In this document: positions 1 through 13,819 of the stretch, piece by piece
Layout: each line of letters starts with the position of its first letter
How positions within the stretch are numbered: the stretch's first letter is position 1
Made by a program: the position numbers and the translations under genes
Virus record (IMG/VR): IMGVR_UViG_3300027797_000012
Span: 66,554 to 130,553 of that record
Origin: a virus
Length of the DNA: 64,000 bases
Strand: one strand, 5' to 3'
The notes under the pieces: generated by a model
Database searches by the model: none
The model's input: the letters and a program-made list of their open reading frames with translations, nothing else
What the model was told of the DNA's origin: nothing

Positions 1-2583
<2,583 letters not shown>

Positions 2584-2601
2584 GGCTAAATACTTAGCAA
2601 G

Positions 2602-2638
2602 AAAGCTGCCCGTCTTCCTACGAAGGCGGGCAGTTTTT
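2602..2638 (+). terminator. Intrinsic terminator hairpin (possibly bidirectional)
   Basis: aagctgcccgtcttc-ctac-gaaggcgggcagttttt: long GC stem followed by T run, just after the stop at 2583. Confidence 0.85.
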
Positions 2639-2692
2639 GCTAGACAATTAAGTAAAAAGCTGAATTTTATAGTATAGTATGCCTATACATTA

Positions 2693-4379
<1,687 letters not shown>

Positions 4380-4398
4380 GCAAAAGAAAAGGATAACC

Positions 4399-4734
4399 AT
4401 GGCAACATACGTTACAAAAGAACTAAAGGCTGTAACAGGGCTGACTACTACCGCAGCGTCTTTGTACTCCGCGCCTGCGTCAACGACTACCCTAGTTAAG
4501 ACTATCCTTCTTGCTAACTACACTGCAGTAGACAGGCTAGCGACTATTCACGTAGTCCCAAGTGCTGGCTCTGTCGCAGGCGCAAACAAGGTATTTGGTG
4601 AGGTGCTAGTAGCAGCAAACACAACGACTACAATTGATACCGCCATAGTTATTCCTACAGGCGCTTCCATCCATGGGCTAGCATCTGCCAATAGCGCAAT
4701 TAACATTCATATTTCAGGAGTAGAGATAGCCTAA
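4399..4734 (+). CDS. Small beta-rich virion/fibre-associated protein
   Basis: RBS (aagga) upstream; LYSAPASTTTLVKTILLAN...HISGVEI pattern recurs in phage fibre clusters; stop overlaps the next ATG. Confidence 0.6.
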   Translation: MATYVTKELKAVTGLTTTAASLYSAPASTTTLVKTILLANYTAVDRLATIHVVPSAGSVAGANKVFGEVLVAANTTTTIDTAIVIPTGASIHGLASANSAINIHISGVEIA

Positions 4735-6938
4735 TGCCTGTCTCATCGTCATCACCTATCGTAGTCGGAACCCGCGTAGGCGGTCTTTTCGCGTACGGCG
4801 AAGGTAGTGACGGCAACGTAACAATATCTACAAACACATCTTTAACTAGAGATATGTATTACAACAACTTAACAATCAACTCTGGAATAAACCTAGACCC
4901 TGCCGGGTATCGCGTATTTGTGAAAAACACCCTTACCTTTGTTGATAACACTTCAAGTATTGCGCGTCTTACAAATACAACTGCCGTAGGCACGGTAGGC
5001 GGCGGAGCAACAGCCGGTAACAATGCGGTGAACTCCCTGGGCGGTAACAGCGGTGATAAGACAGCAGCGCAGATATCAAGTGGAAAAGAATTTTTTTACA
5101 ACATCACTAACCTAATCTCTGGTCTATACGTTGATGCTATCTCAAGCACTGTTGCCGCAGTCTCAGGCGGCGCGGGCGGATCAACCGGTGCGGCAGGAGA
5201 AACGGGCGCGGCAGGAACTGCTAACGCAGGAAGCGCGGGCAGTGCAGGTAGTCACCCGACTAATGCCAACTCAGTAGGAGTTGCAGGCGGTAGAGGCGAA
5301 AGTGGCACTCCAGGAACTGCTGGAACAGGCGGTGCAGGCGGCGCGGGAGGTGCGGGTGGACCTGGTGGCGGAGTAGTAATTGTTCTTGCAAAAACAATTG
5401 TGGGCGCAGGTAAAATTTTAGTAAACGGTGTCGCCGGCTCTTCGGGATCTGCAGGATCTCCTGGTAACGCAGGTACTTCTGGTTCAGCGGGCGCGTCTGC
5501 GCCAACTCTCTTTGTCGCTTCCACTCCCGCGTCTTACAATGCTCCAACAAGTCCGATAGCTTCTTACGCCACTCCTACTTATACTTACACGGCTGGTACA
5601 GGCGCAACTAACAATAACAATGCGCCGACATATGGATTTACAGCTGGCGGAGGCGCGACGAATAATAACAATGCGCCTACCTATGGATTTACTGGTGGCA
5701 CTGGTGCAACTAATAATAACAATGCACCTACCTACGGATTTACTGCTGGCTCAGGCTCAACTGTAAACGCTGCTACTTATACTTACACCGCGGGTTCAGG
5801 CGCAACTACAAACCCTAACAACGCGCCAACGTATACGTACACTGCTGGCAATGCAAACCCTAACAACGCGCCGACATACGGATTTACTGCTGGCTCAGGC
5901 TCAACTGTAAACGCTGCTACTTATACTTACACCGCGGGTTCAGGCGCAACTACAAACCCTAACAACGCGCCAACATACACGTTTACCGCTGGCACTGCAA
6001 ACCCTAACAATGCGCCAACATACACGTTTAGTCCTGGTACGACAGGATATAACGCTCCGTCATCTACGATGGAAGGGCCTGGAAGTCCTCTAAATACATA
6101 CAACTCAGTAGCACCAAAAACTAGAAAATACAACGCGCCTACTTACTCGTACTCTCCAGGTAACGTATTTTACAATGCGGGTAGCTTCACATATTCTGCT
6201 GGCACAGGCTCAACTAATAACGCAGCTAGCTACACATATTCTGCTGGCTCAGGCTCAACTACAAACCCTAACAACGCGCCAAAGTATACGTACACTGCTG
6301 GCAATGCAAACCCTAACAACGCGCCAAAGTATACATATACCGCTGGCTCAGGCTCAACTGTAAACGCTGCTACTTATACTTACACCGCGGGTTCAGGCGC
6401 AACTACAAACCCTAACAACGCGCCAAAGTATACATATACCGCTGGCACTGCAAACCCTAACAACGCGCCAACGTATACGTTTACCGCTGGCACGTACGCT
6501 AGCACAAACCCTAACAACGCGCCAACGTATACGTTTACCGCTGGCACGTACGCTAGCACAAACCCTAACAACGCACCGACATACTCATTTACCGCTGGAA
6601 CTTTTGCAACCGCAAACCCTAACAACGCACCAACATACACGTTTACCGCTGGCTCAGCTTCAACCTTTAATTTCTCCGCGGGCACAGCGTCTACGTACAA
6701 CGCCTCTGCTACGTTCCCTGGAGGCGCGGGTGGCGCAGGAGGAACAGCAACCGCTGGTGCAACAGGGGCTACCGGTGCAAGTGGCTTTGTAGGCGGTGGA
6801 GGCGTTCTTTTCATCATGTCTACAAGCGGTCTTCCTGTTGGGTTTACAACGAGCGCGGCAGCAGGTGCAAGTGGCGCGGCTGGTTCAGCAGGCGCAGGTA
6901 CAGTAGTTATCGTTAACCATGAAGTTATTGCAGCGTAG
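4734..6938 (+). CDS. Gly-rich virion protein (putative adhesin) with about 20 NPNNAP-TYT(Y/F)TAG repeats
   Basis: N-terminal GxGxDGNVT...LTRDMYYNNLT domain, Gly-rich segments, central repeat array at about 5570-6700. Confidence 0.7.
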   Translation: MPVSSSSPIVVGTRVGGLFAYGEGSDGNVTISTNTSLTRDMYYNNLTINSGINLDPAGYRVFVKNTLTFVDNTSSIARLTNTTAVGTVGGGATAGNNAVNSLGGNSGDKTAAQISSGKEFFYNITNLISGLYVDAISSTVAAVSGGAGGSTGAAGETGAAGTANAGSAGSAGSHPTNANSVGVAGGRGESGTPGTAGTGGAGGAGGAGGPGGGVVIVLAKTIVGAGKILVNGVAGSSGSAGSPGNAGTSGSAGASAPTLFVASTPASYNAPTSPIASYATPTYTYTAGTGATNNNNAPTYGFTAGGGATNNNNAPTYGFTGGTGATNNNNAPTYGFTAGSGSTVNAATYTYTAGSGATTNPNNAPTYTYTAGNANPNNAPTYGFTAGSGSTVNAATYTYTAGSGATTNPNNAPTYTFTAGTANPNNAPTYTFSPGTTGYNAPSSTMEGPGSPLNTYNSVAPKTRKYNAPTYSYSPGNVFYNAGSFTYSAGTGSTNNAASYTYSAGSGSTTNPNNAPKYTYTAGNANPNNAPKYTYTAGSGSTVNAATYTYTAGSGATTNPNNAPKYTYTAGTANPNNAPTYTFTAGTYASTNPNNAPTYTFTAGTYASTNPNNAPTYSFTAGTFATANPNNAPTYTFTAGSASTFNFSAGTASTYNASATFPGGAGGAGGTATAGATGATGASGFVGGGGVLFIMSTSGLPVGFTTSAAAGASGAAGSAGAGTVVIVNHEVIAA
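5570..6700 (+). repeat. Coding tandem repeat array of 14-18 aa units (TYTYTAG...NPNNAP)
   Basis: Repeated aaccctaacaacgcgcc units; several near-identical DNA blocks (e.g. around 5740-5830, 5885-5975, 6340-6425). Confidence 0.9.
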
Positions 6939-6951
6939 AGAGTAGAAAACA

Positions 6952-7626
6952 ATGGGAAAATACGGAGTAACATCAATAGGAGCTTCTACAGCTACCTCCT
7001 CTTTTGCCGCCGTTCCCGATGAGATCTACGGCTCAGGGTATGACGGGAACGTAACCGTCTCTGCTAACACAACTCTTACACGCGATATGTACTACAACAA
7101 CTTAACTGTCGCAGATGGAATTCATCTTAACACCGCAGGATATAAGGTATTTGTTAGAAACTCTTTATCCTTCTCTACTAGCTCTGGGAACCAAGCTACT
7201 ACAAGCATAGGGTTAAAGAACGGGTCTTCAGCGGTAGGAACACTTTCTAGCGGAGGTCTTGGATCTGTAACTAACTCGCTAGGCGGGGCAAGCGCCAGCT
7301 ACACTGTTACTGCACCTTCTCCAGCCGAGTACTTTTCTTTAGCGCGAAACGCAGTAACTGGGTATATCTTGTCTGCCTCTCAAACAACTCCTCTATTCTT
7401 AAGAGGAGGAGCTGGGAATAATACGCAGTATGGCGGAGGCGTTGTTATCCTTTGTGCGCGTAGGATCTCGGGGTACGGCACTGTCTACGCAACTGGGTAC
7501 TCTAGCGGCTCGTATGTTACGGGCGGAGGCGTTGTTATTCTCGTATCTCAGGCTGCAAAAACTGCTAGTCTTTCTTTAGATGTTTCAGGCTATGCAAGTG
7601 GCACGACTAAGGAGTTTATAGTATAA
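6952..7626 (+). CDS. Short paralogue of 4734..6938 lacking the repeat inserts
   Basis: Shares GxGxDGNVTxSxNTxLTRDMYYNNLT...AGYxVFVxNxL and GGGVVI motifs with the upstream gene. Confidence 0.75.
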   Translation: MGKYGVTSIGASTATSSFAAVPDEIYGSGYDGNVTVSANTTLTRDMYYNNLTVADGIHLNTAGYKVFVRNSLSFSTSSGNQATTSIGLKNGSSAVGTLSSGGLGSVTNSLGGASASYTVTAPSPAEYFSLARNAVTGYILSASQTTPLFLRGGAGNNTQYGGGVVILCARRISGYGTVYATGYSSGSYVTGGGVVILVSQAAKTASLSLDVSGYASGTTKEFIV

Positions 7627-7665
7627 TATATGTACTAGCACGCACTAGTACAAGGAGAACTATAG

Positions 7666-8895
7666 ATGTCGTACGGAATGATGAGAAATGCCGACAGGGC
7701 ATTTACTAACGAAATGGAAAATGAATATAGATACGATTCTATATTTGACACTAAAAAAGAAGCTAGAAATAGCAAAACTATATTTATTGCCATACCGTGC
7801 TACAGAGACGATGAACTTGTCCCAACCATTGAAAGCGCCCTATTAAACGCTAAAAATCCTGAGCGCTTAGTTTTCGGCGTAGGGCTTATATATAAAGAAG
7901 AAGATGAAAAATACTGGGAAGTTTTTAAAGACAACAAACAAGTAAAGATAAAGGCAAAAGAAGCTACTGCAAAGAACGTAGGACTTGGTAATCAAAGAGC
8001 GGATGCAAATGCGTTCTACAATAAAGAAGATTATTTCCTTCAGATAGACTCCCACATGCGTTTTGATATGCATTGGGATGATTTGCTAATTCATCATTTA
8101 GAAAACATAAGAGCCCTTGGAGAAGAAAAACCACTTGTTACTGGTTATCCTAGAGCGTACGCTCCTGATATCTACCCTTCAGTGGCTGAGCATTTTCCTT
8201 ACTACAACCCTATGTCTAAGGAAATATATTTTAGACAACGAAGAGGCCACAATAACGTTCCCGTTTTTCGTGTAGGCCCAGGGCCAGCTCGATTCTTAAA
8301 GGACTACGGTTTTCCTCGCCATGGAGATAGAATTTTTACTATATTTGAGACGCTTGCCTTCTCGCAAACTCTCTCTCCTGCGCAGATATTTACTGATGGA
8401 GCGTACGTAACAGATGTGCCAGCAAATAGAAATATTAGATTTCTAGAAGAAGAGCAGTATTACTCTATTCTTTCATATATGAAGGGATACAATTTCTACG
8501 TTCCAAGGGTTACTGGTATTATGCATTACTACTCAGAAGCAGGCGGCTGGCAAAAGCTTATGGATAGACATCATCCAATTGAAGATTTCCCAGAAGACTA
8601 CAATTACGAAGGGTATATCGGCGCTAAAGATGCAGGTGTAGAGATATTTAATACACTTAAAAAAATAACAGGGACACCAAGATCGTTTTCTGACTACGAA
8701 AAGTTTGCGGGGGTAGATTACACTGCACGACGATTACTATCACCAGTTAATAAAATAATTCACAATAAAATAACAGAAGCAGTTAATTTTGCATCTGAAA
8801 TTTACAGCTACTCAACTAATGACTACATAGACTGGATGTATGATGCAGAATACCTTTGGTATGATGACGTCAAAAATAATGAAAATCGTCAATAG
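7666..8895 (+). CDS. GT-A glycosyltransferase of the Skp1-hydroxyproline GlcNAc-transferase (Gnt1/GT60-like) type
   Basis: TIFIAIPCYRDDELVPTI...A.NPERL.FG...YFLQIDSHMRF...WD..LI...YP matches the family signature; RBS aaggag. Confidence 0.75.
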   Translation: MSYGMMRNADRAFTNEMENEYRYDSIFDTKKEARNSKTIFIAIPCYRDDELVPTIESALLNAKNPERLVFGVGLIYKEEDEKYWEVFKDNKQVKIKAKEATAKNVGLGNQRADANAFYNKEDYFLQIDSHMRFDMHWDDLLIHHLENIRALGEEKPLVTGYPRAYAPDIYPSVAEHFPYYNPMSKEIYFRQRRGHNNVPVFRVGPGPARFLKDYGFPRHGDRIFTIFETLAFSQTLSPAQIFTDGAYVTDVPANRNIRFLEEEQYYSILSYMKGYNFYVPRVTGIMHYYSEAGGWQKLMDRHHPIEDFPEDYNYEGYIGAKDAGVEIFNTLKKITGTPRSFSDYEKFAGVDYTARRLLSPVNKIIHNKITEAVNFASEIYSYSTNDYIDWMYDAEYLWYDDVKNNENRQ

Positions 8896-9595
8896 AAATT
8901 CTAATACTATAGAATTTATATGCGAAGACGCAGATCTTGACTACTTCTCTAAGCCTTTGCCTTCAAGCAAAAATATACCAGAGTGGTATAAAAAGTTAAC
9001 TACGCATATAGACAATAAAAAAACGTATAGCGATGGTCATGCAAACTCTACTGTAAAAAAATGCATGCCTGTGTTTGATGCTATGACTTCAGGCTACTTA
9101 ATAACGTTCCCCTGCGATGTAGTTGTTACACGAAATCCTGACGGCTCTCCAGCGTTTAGTTGGCCTATTCAGTTTAAGATGGTAAATCAACACAGCTACG
9201 AACAAGCGTCAACTTTAAAAGTGCCTTCTGAGTACGGTCCTGAGTTTTTAAAGTGGTCAAATCCTTGGATCATAAAAATGCCTAAAGGTTGGAGTGTTCT
9301 TTTTGTTCAGCCTATGCATAGAGATGACTTGCCTTTTAGCATACTTCCAGGAATAGTTGATGCTGACGGGTTTAAACTTTCTGTTCAATTTCCATTTTTA
9401 TTAAGAAAAGATTTTGTAGGCGTTATCCCAGCTGGAACGCCTATGGCCCAAATTATACCGATAAAGCGTTCTGATTGGGTAGCAGAGTACTCTTCAATTG
9501 AAAGAAGAGAGAGTCAAAAAAATTTAGAACATCATTCTATATATCTAGAAAATAGGTATAAGAGAACTTTTTGGAACAAGAAAAACTATAAATGA
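8879..9595 (+). CDS. Conserved phage protein, DUF6065-like (paralogue 1)
   Basis: PEWYKKL...TVKKC.P..DAMTSGY...PW.I..PKGWS.LF.QP...PGIVD.D...GTP.AQIIP. Start moved to ATG 8879, which overlaps the upstream gene end. Confidence 0.6.
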   Translation: MKIVNRNSNTIEFICEDADLDYFSKPLPSSKNIPEWYKKLTTHIDNKKTYSDGHANSTVKKCMPVFDAMTSGYLITFPCDVVVTRNPDGSPAFSWPIQFKMVNQHSYEQASTLKVPSEYGPEFLKWSNPWIIKMPKGWSVLFVQPMHRDDLPFSILPGIVDADGFKLSVQFPFLLRKDFVGVIPAGTPMAQIIPIKRSDWVAEYSSIERRESQKNLEHHSIYLENRYKRTFWNKKNYK

Positions 9596-10323
9596 AAATA
9601 AAAAGGCTAACTATAAGTGTAGACAACTACGCTCAACATTTAGGAGACTCTCATTTTCTCAATGAGTATCATCCAACTCCTGCTGAAGAAAATCTTCCTG
9701 ACTGGTTCAAAAAACTAGAAAACGGCGCTCAACCAAGAACTGCAAAAACTTGTAGAGGTCTGTACGATGTAATGACAGTTGGTTACATGGTAGTCTGGCC
9801 TTTTGATGTAACAATAACCAAAGATGAAAATGGAAAACTTTTTATAAAGAAAACGCGTGATGACGATAGAGGCTCTTTATGGCATCCGCATCCGCAATTC
9901 CAACTTGGGATGTATCCAGATGCAAATCTATCTGCGCAAAAACATGGTATTGATAAGGTAGGTTTACCTTACAAAGTAAAGACTCCAAAAGGCACAAGTA
10001 TCATGATGGTCCAACCAGCGTATAGACCAGACTTAAAAACACAGGTTATGCCGGGCATTATAGATACTGATAAATTCTATACTCCATTAAATGTTCTTTA
10101 CACTATTAAAGATACTGATAGAGATATACATATCTCAGCTGGAACGCCGCTAGCGCAGATAATTCCATTTCTTCGCACGGAGTGGGAGATAGAGTACAAT
10201 GCGGTAGATGAAAAGTTAGACCGAATTACCCAAGAAAATACAGACCATATAGACAGATACTACCAAAAAAAGCTATGGACTAGAAAATTCTACAAAAGAA
10301 AAGTAAAGGACGAAAGAAAATGA
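9592..10323 (+). CDS. Conserved phage protein, DUF6065-like (paralogue 2)
   Basis: PDWFKKL...TAKTC.G..D.MT.GY...TPKGTS....QP...PGIIDTD...GTPLAQIIP, colinear with the preceding gene; overlapping stop/start. Confidence 0.6.
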   Translation: MKIKRLTISVDNYAQHLGDSHFLNEYHPTPAEENLPDWFKKLENGAQPRTAKTCRGLYDVMTVGYMVVWPFDVTITKDENGKLFIKKTRDDDRGSLWHPHPQFQLGMYPDANLSAQKHGIDKVGLPYKVKTPKGTSIMMVQPAYRPDLKTQVMPGIIDTDKFYTPLNVLYTIKDTDRDIHISAGTPLAQIIPFLRTEWEIEYNAVDEKLDRITQENTDHIDRYYQKKLWTRKFYKRKVKDERK

Positions 10324-10925
10324 ATTACACACAACTTGCAGTAGGTGTTTATCAGTACGACTTTCCAGAAGATCTAGCGAAAAATCTTGTTGAAGTTGCT
10401 AGACAGGCAAATGACGCAGTCTGGAAAAAAAGTGGCATAGGTTCTGATCAAAACTTGGATCAAGACTACAGAACTAGTCGAGGACTAGAAATGAGATCGG
10501 TGTTTCCTTTCTGGGACGATGAAGTGCGCAAATACACAGTTCCAGCAATAAATCATTACTCTTCTGATTTTGAAGCTTCTATCTCTCAAGATGAAGGCTT
10601 TAATATGCTTCACTACAAAGTAACAAATAAATACGACTACCACTCTGACTCAGACTGGACAACTTACCGAACCGTGTCAATTTTAGTCTACCTAAACCCT
10701 TCAGAATACGAAGGTGGAGAGACGCATTTTAAGAAGTTTGATATAAAGGTTAAACCAGAAAAACCAGCTATTGTAGTTTTTCCTTCTAATCACGCCTACC
10801 TGCATGCCTCCTTGCCAGTGACAGAAGGCGAAAAGTATATTCTTGTAAGCTGGATGAATGACATGCCGACTGGTTTCACGCCGTCTATAATGCACGCGCT
10901 TGCAGGCTTAACAGGGCGACTTTAA
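10320..10925 (+). CDS. 2OG-Fe(II) oxygenase, prolyl-4-hydroxylase-like
   Basis: HxD (YHSD), R..SILVYLN, YEGGETHF, VFPS...H...PV..GEKY...W. Confidence 0.85.
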   Translation: MNYTQLAVGVYQYDFPEDLAKNLVEVARQANDAVWKKSGIGSDQNLDQDYRTSRGLEMRSVFPFWDDEVRKYTVPAINHYSSDFEASISQDEGFNMLHYKVTNKYDYHSDSDWTTYRTVSILVYLNPSEYEGGETHFKKFDIKVKPEKPAIVVFPSNHAYLHASLPVTEGEKYILVSWMNDMPTGFTPSIMHALAGLTGRL

Positions 10926-10952
10926 AGCTCATAAGTAGACTTTGTTGACTAG

Positions 10953-10961
10953 TGATATAGT
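10953..10961 (+). promoter_or_regulatory. Extended -10 promoter (TGA-TATAGT)
   Basis: Intergenic, upstream of RBS aggag and ATG 10995. Confidence 0.5.
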
Positions 10962-10994
10962 TACCTTACGCACGTATCAAGTATTAGGAGAATC

Positions 10995-11267
10995 ATGTCT
11001 GAAGAAGTTACAGTTAAGAAGTACGCTATAGTTAACGCAGGAGTTGTTCTTTCAACCATTTACACAGAAGCAGGGTTTATGGAAATGCTCTCAGCCAACA
11101 CTGTGGTTGATATTACCAACGAGCCTTCTGTTGCGGATATCTCTGACGGTTACACATATGAAAACGGAGTTTTCTCTGCTCCTGTAGAGACTCCTGTAGA
11201 GACTCCTGTAGAGACTCCTGTAGAGACTCCTGTAGAGACTCCTGTAGAGACTCCTGTAGAGGGGTAA
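10995..11267 (+). CDS. Small fibre-associated protein with C-terminal (PVET)n tail
   Basis: RBS aggag; YAIV...GYTYENGVFSAP pattern seen in small tail-fibre-assembly-like proteins. Confidence 0.6.
   Translation: MSEEVTVKKYAIVNAGVVLSTIYTEAGFMEMLSANTVVDITNEPSVADISDGYTYENGVFSAPVETPVETPVETPVETPVETPVETPVEG
11181..11261 (+). repeat. Perfect 12-nt tandem repeat (cctgtagagact) x6 plus a partial unit
   Basis: Read directly; encodes PVET x6 + PVE. Confidence 0.95.
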
Positions 11268-11275
11268 ATTTTGTA

Positions 11276-11947
11276 ATGACAAGTGTTAATACATTTTTTA
11301 ATAAAGTGTATTATATAAATCTTACTAGAAGACCAGACAGGCTAGTTCACATCACTCAGCAACTATCTTCTAATAATATAGTGGCTGAAAAGATAGAAGC
11401 TATAGATGGGTTATTTAGCTCTTTTTCTTGCGTACCTTCCGTAGATACAAATAAAAAAGAAGTAACACTATTGTCACATACCAAAATATCTTCTTTTGAG
11501 GCAGCATTAGTTGCTACACACAAGCTGATACTCATAGATGCCTTAAAAAATAACTATAGTAATATTTTAATATTAGAAGACGACGCGGCGTTTAGTTCTA
11601 GTTTTACAGAAGGATTTAATAATATAGTAAAAGACATACCTACTAACTGGGATGTGCTCTACCTAGGAGCTTTAGGACTGCCTGCTCTATCTAAAAGAGA
11701 GAAATACTCTTATGCGCTGGATAAAGCAGTGTACATACTTGGATGTCACGCTATCGGAATAAACTCGAGCGTGTTTGAAAAACTACTTGCAGTATCTACA
11801 TTCGATAAACCTATAGATGTGTCGTATGCAAATCAATTACAAAGCTTAAATGCTTTTGTTTCTAGCAAACCATTAGTTAATCAAAAAGAAGGATTCTTTT
11901 CTGATCTAAAATTTGCTATGAACACCTCACTTGCATTTCCTTTCTAA
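11276..11947 (+). CDS. Glycosyltransferase family 25
   Basis: YYINL.RRPDR...EAIDG...H..I...ILILEDD...WDVLYLG. Confidence 0.85.
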   Translation: MTSVNTFFNKVYYINLTRRPDRLVHITQQLSSNNIVAEKIEAIDGLFSSFSCVPSVDTNKKEVTLLSHTKISSFEAALVATHKLILIDALKNNYSNILILEDDAAFSSSFTEGFNNIVKDIPTNWDVLYLGALGLPALSKREKYSYALDKAVYILGCHAIGINSSVFEKLLAVSTFDKPIDVSYANQLQSLNAFVSSKPLVNQKEGFFSDLKFAMNTSLAFPF

Positions 11948-11948
11948 T

Positions 11949-12863
11949 ATGAGAATGACTATTAAGTCTTTTAACAAAACACTGCTGTATGTTAGTAAGT
12001 CAGATATATCTATAACGGTAGTTCAAGGCACACCTACTGTGAGAACAAATACTCTTTTTACAAAATATTTTTATACTAAAGAAATACATATATCGTCAGG
12101 GATATTATTTTCTGTGTACAATTGTTGCGCAGAAGATTTAACTGTAGAACTAGAAACAGAAAATTGCACTGTAATTAAAGAGGAGTATGAAAACTGTCAA
12201 TACATCGGGACAGGAAGAATACGAAAAGGGGAAGATAGACTCAATATATTTGATAAGTTCATGCATCACTATTTTTCATTTGGCTACAAAATCTTGACTG
12301 CGGACACCGACCACGAGGAATTTAACAGAGCAGCAAGCAGAAACGTTTTAGCCAGTATTTTTCCAAATAATATTATGGTACTAATAGATGGTGATGCTTT
12401 TTATAGTAAAAAACAAATAGATGACTCAGTAGCGTATGCCAAAAACCATGATGTTATTGTAAAACCAACAAAGTCTATACTAATAGGAAGTAAAAAGATA
12501 AATCTTTACTCTGGCTATTGCTGGGTAGTCAAAACTCAATTGTGGCCAGGTATGGACGAAAGATGCTTGTCTTGGGGCGCTGAAGACATCATATTGTCGA
12601 ATACTAGACTAATACGCACAGAACCATTAAACAATGGAACGGCACAAGTCTACGAGCATCTCCGTGATGAAAAAAAGGGTTCACATAACTTTGAATTAAC
12701 AAAAGACTATGGAGATACTTTAGGATTCCCGCTTAGTAAAGAAAAGGTATTGCCTATTTTTTTACAACATTGCGGGTATGGAACATACGGACACTTTTCT
12801 ACTTATTTTTCTGAGCCCAGAACTGCCAACAATTTTTATCTTCAAGAACAGAAAAATCTGTAA
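11949..12863 (+). CDS. Putative GT-A (GT2/GT7-like) glycosyltransferase
   Basis: FNRAASRN...IDGDA (DxD)...GMDER..SWGAED in the C-terminal half. Start moved to ATG 11949, just after the upstream stop. Confidence 0.6.
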   Translation: MRMTIKSFNKTLLYVSKSDISITVVQGTPTVRTNTLFTKYFYTKEIHISSGILFSVYNCCAEDLTVELETENCTVIKEEYENCQYIGTGRIRKGEDRLNIFDKFMHHYFSFGYKILTADTDHEEFNRAASRNVLASIFPNNIMVLIDGDAFYSKKQIDDSVAYAKNHDVIVKPTKSILIGSKKINLYSGYCWVVKTQLWPGMDERCLSWGAEDIILSNTRLIRTEPLNNGTAQVYEHLRDEKKGSHNFELTKDYGDTLGFPLSKEKVLPIFLQHCGYGTYGHFSTYFSEPRTANNFYLQEQKNL

Positions 12864-13383
12864 AATCTAATCTATTTACTCCATTTTTTACATAAAAAAC
12901 TTTTATCTTTTCTCTAAATGATGCGTAAGTATCTAGCATGTTGTAGTCATCAAAGCTTATAATGCCTTTAGATGAAAGCGCTTTAAGCGCGTTAGTGCCG
13001 TCTTCTACTACAGCCTCTTCACTATGGTCTCCGTCTATATAGATAAAATCAAAAGTATCAGCATTAGTGTTAAAAAAATCAGAGCTGTAGGAGTGTACTT
13101 TAACTACTTTACCTTTTTGAATATGCTCCTGCATTTGTAAGTTGTATTTTTCTTCTACTTCCTTTGAATCTATCCCCGCCACGTGAGGTAAAAAAGTCCA
13201 AGTATCTACATCTACAAGTCTAGACTCAGGGTGTGTAAGTATATTTTCCACCAACCACTTAGAGGCGTTTCCAGTAAACGCTCCTATTTGTAGGAAGTTC
13301 ACTGGCTTGTCTTTAAAATGACTTAAATGCTTTATAAATAGTTTATCTATTTCTAGACTATAAAACCAGTTAGGGTCTCTCAT
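12799..13383 (-). CDS. Class I SAM-dependent methyltransferase (Methyltransf_24-like)
   Basis: LQIGAFTGNAS...VDVDTW...FDFIYIDGDH...GIISFDDY. Confidence 0.85.
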   Translation of the reverse strand: MRDPNWFYSLEIDKLFIKHLSHFKDKPVNFLQIGAFTGNASKWLVENILTHPESRLVDVDTWTFLPHVAGIDSKEVEEKYNLQMQEHIQKGKVVKVHSYSSDFFNTNADTFDFIYIDGDHSEEAVVEDGTNALKALSSKGIISFDDYNMLDTYASFREKIKVFYVKNGVNRLDFTDFSVLEDKNCWQFWAQKNK

Positions 13384-13819
13384 TTTTTACCGATTCTAAA
13401 AACTCTTGCGATCCTGCAAAAAAGGCAACACCGTCTACACTCCACTTAATATTCATATTGTGTTTTTCAGAGTAATCTTTTGCCCAAGCAATAATCTCCT
13501 CAGATGCTGGCCTACCCGCTTCTGCAATCTGAAGATACTCAAAGCCGTTGTATGGTTGTCGAACAAAAATAACATCAGTTTTTGTAGGCGCTAGCCACTC
13601 ATCAAAGTGTGGGTTTCTTCGCCACTCACACTGGAAAAGAACACAAGGGTCGTACGGTCTAGTTTCATATTCTTTACATCCTACTCCTTGCTCGACAAAG
13701 ATGCAAGGCTTACCAGGGAACATCTCGCGGCCATGTATTGTGGCTGATAAGTATCCTTCGCAACATTTAGTGCACCCGTCGCACGATTTTTTATTAAGTA
13801 TCTCTATAAAACTAAGCAC
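13370..13819 (-). CDS. YkgJ-like CxxCxxCC cysteine-cluster protein
   Basis: CDGCTKCC...C.F...C..Y..RP..C..F.C.W. Confidence 0.75.
   Translation of the reverse strand: MLSFIEILNKKSCDGCTKCCEGYLSATIHGREMFPGKPCIFVEQGVGCKEYETRPYDPCVLFQCEWRRNPHFDEWLAPTKTDVIFVRQPYNGFEYLQIAEAGRPASEEIIAWAKDYSEKHNMNIKWSVDGVAFFAGSQEFLESVKNERP

Noticed and set aside
5570-6700. AAC-rich near-identical repeats as a diversity-generating retroelement template/variable pair
   Set aside because: No reverse transcriptase in the window, all copies are coding, and differences are not confined to adenines.
11181-11261. Short direct repeats as a possible CRISPR array
   Set aside because: Head-to-tail 12-mers with no spacers, in frame within a CDS.
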